DNA of 64,000 nucleotides from Takakia lepidozioides (Eukaryota > Plantae > Bryophyta): positions 27,218,001 through 27,282,000 of the forward strand of contig CM060734.1 of assembly GCA_030704615.1 (NCBI GenBank), read 5' to 3'. Of the stretch, positions 59,635-64,000 are shown piece after piece. Made by a program: the position numbers and the translations under genes. Each line of letters begins with the position of its first letter. Within the stretch, counting starts at the first letter, position 1. The notes beneath the pieces were generated by a model that was given only the letters and a program-made list of their open reading frames with translations, made no database searches and was not told the DNA's origin.

Positions 59635-62535
59635 CAAAGCATGTGCGAGCATGGCAGCGAGCTGGAAAAGGGCAAAGACTTCCATGGTGACATCTTCAAA
59701 GCTGGAATTGTACCAGGTATCATTCTGAGCACTGCCCTCGTGGACATGTATGCCAAATGTGAGCCTAACAGCCCTGTATAAGATCGTCAAATTAGTTGGA
59801 ATGTACCATATGTGATTCTGAACACAAGTTTAGGCGAGCCTGGCAGCCTTGGAAAAGGGAGTAGAGGTCCATGGTGACATTGTCAAAGCTGGAACTGTAC
59901 ACCAAATCTGATTTTGAACATTGCCTTGGTGACATGTATGCCAAATGTGAGTATGACCCACCATTGACTGGGGTCATTGACTAGTATTCATTCCACAACT
60001 TCTCCTCGTCTCTGTTACATGTTTCTGGGTACTTTCCAGTTGTCACGTTGGCAGTAAAAAGAAAAGTATGACGCCTCCCGAAGGGAGCGTAACTTATGGT
60101 GTCACTTGACCCCGAAGGGCTACTGCCTTCCAGCAGGAAGGTGGACACCTTCATGACACACCAGACGGTGGTTTGAACCCACAACCACATCCAACGTGGT
60201 ATGTGCCCATTACCACTGGGCTACATGCTGGTTGTCAACACGTTGGCAGTATCATGTGAAAGTCACTCCAATCTATCAATAATCCACTCAACCAGCTAAC
60301 TTGCAGAATTCAACATGAAAATTTAGGGCCGAAAAACAAGGTGAAATGTGTTGAACAAGGTACATTGATTAGTAGTGTCTGATTTTATCAATTGTGCCGC
60401 TGCTTCCAGTTGACCATGTACCCATGCACAGGACCTATGATGGACCTCTGTGCCCTTTCCCAGAGCTGCCAAGCTCGCATTGGGCATACATGTCCACCTG
60501 GGCATAGTTCAAATGACATCTGGTATAATTCCAGCTTTGACATTGACACCATGGACCTCTGCTCCATTTTCCAGGGCTGAGGCTTGCATTTGGCATAGAT
60601 GTCCACCAGAACAGAGTTCAGAATGACATCTGGTACATTTCAGCTTTGACAATATCACCGTGGACCTATCCGTCCATTCCACAGCTGTCAAGGCAAAAAG
60701 GTGAATGCCTATTGGATTACAGAGAGCAGCAGATGCAATTGAGCATAGGAACTAGTGTGAGAAGTTGAGTTGGGTGTTTCCTAAAACAAATGTAGCTGTC
60801 ATTGTCAGCTGCGAGCAGCAAGGCAAGGATGAATGCATGATTTGTGCAGAGGCAGTAATAGCTGAATGTACCAACCCCAGTCAATCATAAGACAATGGAG
60901 ACAAAAATGTGAATGCCCTTTGATTTTTCTTTATCATTAGTTGTTGTTTTCCCTTGGAGCCTTGGCACTCAATCTGGGTATGTTCAATCTACTGGTTATT
61001 GTAAGGTTTGTGTGGCTTCTTTATGCAGTATCTGCAACTGCCTTCTTTCCTTCCTTCTATATGTCCAAGCAACAGCTTGGTGGCTGTGGGTCGGTCTTGG
61101 CAGGTCAGATATCTCTCGCTGTTTACTTGCTTGATAGGCTTGGCACACTCCAGATCTGCCCATGGGTCATGACACAAGGTCAAGGACAATGTGGTGAGGG
61201 CACCTTCTTCTTCGACCTATTTCAGCCTGTTTTGCCCTCTCATCAGACTCGGCCCTGGGATGCATATTGAATTCTGTAAGTTAGCTCGTTGGGTGGTCGA
61301 TTTGTGGTGGTTTGGGGTGACTTTGACAAGTAGAGTTGGGTTGTTTGCTGGAAGAACTTCACCCCGTCAGTGTCAGCTGCTAGCAGCTTGGCTGAGGATG
61401 TATTCATGATTTGTACACAGGAAGGGATAGCTGAAAGACCAGGGATAGAGGTCCAAATTCATCCAAGAGGGCCGGATTTCAAACACAAGATTGCTTCTGA
61501 TTCCCTGTGGACCTATAGCTACAAGTGGGTAGATGGTCAACTAGAAACAGCAGCGGCAGCAGCACAATTGATAGAACAAGGCACTGCTAATGAAGGTACC
61601 TTCTTCAACACATCTCCCCTGTTTTTCCCTGCTATCAGAGTCGTCCCTACATTTTCATGCTGAATTCTGCAAGTTACCTCGGTGGAGGATCTATGGTGGG
61701 AGAGTTAGCTTGGTCTTAGCAGCCCGTGTTTCAATCTCTGGCTGTTTTGCCGTTGCAGCATTGACACAATTGATAAAATCAGACACTACTAATGAAGGCA
61801 CCTTCTTCAACACATTTCACCCTGTTTTTCCCTCTTATCATAATTGGCCCTAAATTTTCACGTTGAATTCTGCAAGTTAGCTGGTTGAGTGAACCTTAAA
61901 TAGTTTGGAGTGACTTTGACATGATCCTGCCAATGTGACAACAAGAAAGTATCCAGAAACAGGTACCGGAGATGAGAAGAAGATGTGGAATGAATATTTT
62001 TCTGACCCCAGTCAATGGTGGGACAATCGAGGCAAAAAGGTGAATGTCTGTTGGATTACAGAGAGTAGCAGACGTAATTTAGCATAGGAACTAGTGTGAT
62101 AAGCTGAGTTGGGTATTTCCTAGAAGAAATCTAGCTTGTCATGTGAGATGCTAGCAGCAAGGCAAGGATAATGCATGATTTGTGCAGAGGCATGGATAGC
62201 TGAAGGAGCAGGGATAGAGTGTGGGTCCAGAGAGTAGCAGATGCAATTGAGCATAGGAACTAGTGTGATAGGTTGAGTTGGGTGTTTCCTAGAACAAATC
62301 TAGGTTGTCATTGTCAGCTGCTAGCAGCAAGACAAGGATGTATGCATGATTTGTGCAGAGGCATGGATAGCTGAAGGAATAGGGGTAGAGTGTGGGCACA
62401 AATTCATCCAAGAGGGCCAGATTTCCAAGCACAAGATTACCTATGATTCCTTGTGGATCAATAGCTACAAGAAACCTGCATGGGTAGATGGTCAACTAAA
62501 GGCAGCAGCTGCAGCGGCACAGTTGATAAAATCAG
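59635..62535. pseudogene. Rearranged fragments of a gene with PLS-class PPR motifs and OSB-type PDF motifs
   Basis: PPR: AGIVPGIILSTALVDMYAKC (+, ~59700-59760), a second copy at ~59840-59948, and VHGDIVKA…ILNSVLVDIYAKC and LENGAEVHG (-, 60440-60670). PDF: MWNEYFSDPSQWWDNRGKKVN (~61983-62045), HPRGPDFKHKIASDSLW…WVDGQL (~61460-61545) and again at ~62404-62500. Confidence 0.8.
60057..60238 (-). mobile_element. tRNA-derived SINE with 13-bp TSD
   Basis: A-box TAGCCCAGTGG, B-box GGTTCAAACC, T-rich tail. TSD CACGTTGGCAGTA at 60044-60056 and 60239-60251. Empty paralogous site in inverted orientation at ~61915-61950. Confidence 0.9.
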
Positions 62536-64000
62536 GCACCTCAACCATGACCACAACTTATGGAAGAGGATCAAGAGAGGGAGTCCACAATGCCTCTTCT
62601 GGCACTTCTGTGTTGGGCTGCATTGCGCAGCCTGGCCTCTGCCTCCTTGGCCCTGACTCTTAGTCTTTAGTGCTATCTCCTTGCTTAGTTTTTAGTACTT
62701 CTCTTGCAGCTTTTTGCCTCTGGTCTTGAAGCAGTGCCTTCCTAGGTCGACCTCTATGGCACCGGGTTTGAGGTTATTTTTTCCTTATGTACTTCTCGTC
62801 CCCCTTTATATAATAAAATTTCCAGGGCCTCTGTCCCTGTTCATTATATATGACTTCTACCATAGTAATAATAATGACTGCATCTATTTCCACTCTCCAA
62901 TAATAATGCACCACGTGGCAGAAATACAAATGTGTAGAATTTTATAATAAAACACCCATCATGACACATGTCAATCTCGTGAGGGACCACGTGTAAAAAC
63001 TGCAACGCGCCACGTGCTGCAACCGGATTAGCACGCCCGTAGTCATAGTTCATAGTCATGGAGAGCGAACACTCTGCCACGTGTCATTTTTTGTATCGAG
63101 CACGTGTCACTCTTGCACAACCGCTGACATGGCGGCCACTGTCCGTGCAGTCATTCAGTAAAGCCAGCGTGTATGACTATGAGCGCGCTGCTCAGGCGCC
63201 ACATCACACAAAGCCCCACGACTGTCACATACGACTCCGTGGCAGCCACGACTACCATGTCACAATTAACAGGGGTTTTACGACAGCAAAGTCAGGGAGT
63301 CGTAAATGGCTTTCATAACTGCATTTGCAGTCATAACATCGAGTCCTAAAAGCCAACTTTTCTTCTAGTGAGCAAGCAAGGGCGGTGAGGAATTATGAGC
63401 GTGACAAGGCTCCTAGGATATATGCGAAGTGGTGGCACCGGATAGTAGCTTTTGCAACACCACCAGACTTTCCTTGGAAGGTAGAGACGGAGTTGAGAGA
63501 TGGAGAGTTGTGGGTGATGGTGAAGATGACGATTGTGGAGGAGGATTGATTCTGATGTAGATTGAATGAGATTTCCCTTCATTTATGTTCTGTTTTTGGG
63601 CATGTGAGAGAGCTCTATTGTGGTGGTTAAGGCCCTTAGGGTGATGCATGAGAGATGTGAAGTTGTAGGATGGCACATTCTGGCAACTCTGAGACCTGTA
63701 GAGGTTGATCATGGCTGGACCTAGATTTATATTCCACTGCAGCCAGGCAGTGGGCATTTTCACTCTCTACTGTTGAGTTTCCAATACATGCACACTTAGC
63801 CAATCTTTGGTTTTTGTCTCATTTCCTGTAGTTGCATCATGCATTGAGTACTTGCAAGCTCATCTCTTAGAGCTACTGGTGATGGGCATTTGTTATTCTC
63901 TGGGACAGTATGTGCTTTCGGAACTCCGTGACATTCTTAGGTGCACGACCAGCCAATGAGGTGACGTTAGGGTCCTGGTCTGGTTCCTGTTGGATTTACT

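Noticed and set aside
61205-61250. Minus-strand CTGATGAG…GAAA resembling a hammerhead ribozyme core
   Set aside because: The intervening GAGGGCAAAACAGGCT cannot form stem II, and the paralogue at ~59370-59412 lacks GAAA.
62795-63350. Possible Helitron 5' end (TCCCCTTTATATAATAAAA) followed by a CACGTG-rich tract
   Set aside because: No matching 3' end or second copy in the window, and the G-box cluster has no associated gene.

Overview
Eukaryotic, almost certainly non-seed land-plant nuclear DNA (PLS-type PPR fragments, F-box/kelch pseudogene, GT-AG introns, CG/CHG-type decay). It consists almost entirely of nested, decayed mobile elements. Left to right: an unknown coiled-coil gene remnant; a hAT transposase gene between palindromic repeat arrays, one carrying a tRNA-derived SINE; a ~3-kb non-coding repeat family ending in a conserved hairpin (4 copies of the hairpin); a non-chromoviral Ty3/Gypsy element; an F-box/kelch pseudogene; a 9-exon pseudogene with a ParB-like N-terminus and a prokaryote-type beta-class N4-C/N6-A DNA methyltransferase domain; satellite arrays; a Ty1/Copia element; a CRE-like LINE tail; a second copy of the Gypsy family with large extra ORFs; a Mutator-like (GCM/WRKY-like, DDE, SWIM) transposon; a chromovirus 3' half; and a shuffled PPR plus OSB-type PDF-motif locus with a second SINE. 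A ~13.2-kb inversion (15812-29030) with a 6-bp microhomology splits both a Gypsy LTR and the Copia gag. The most notable item is the spliced ParB-like/amino-methyltransferase gene, which the ORF track breaks into unrelated-looking pieces. All family calls come from motif recognition by eye; no searches were run.
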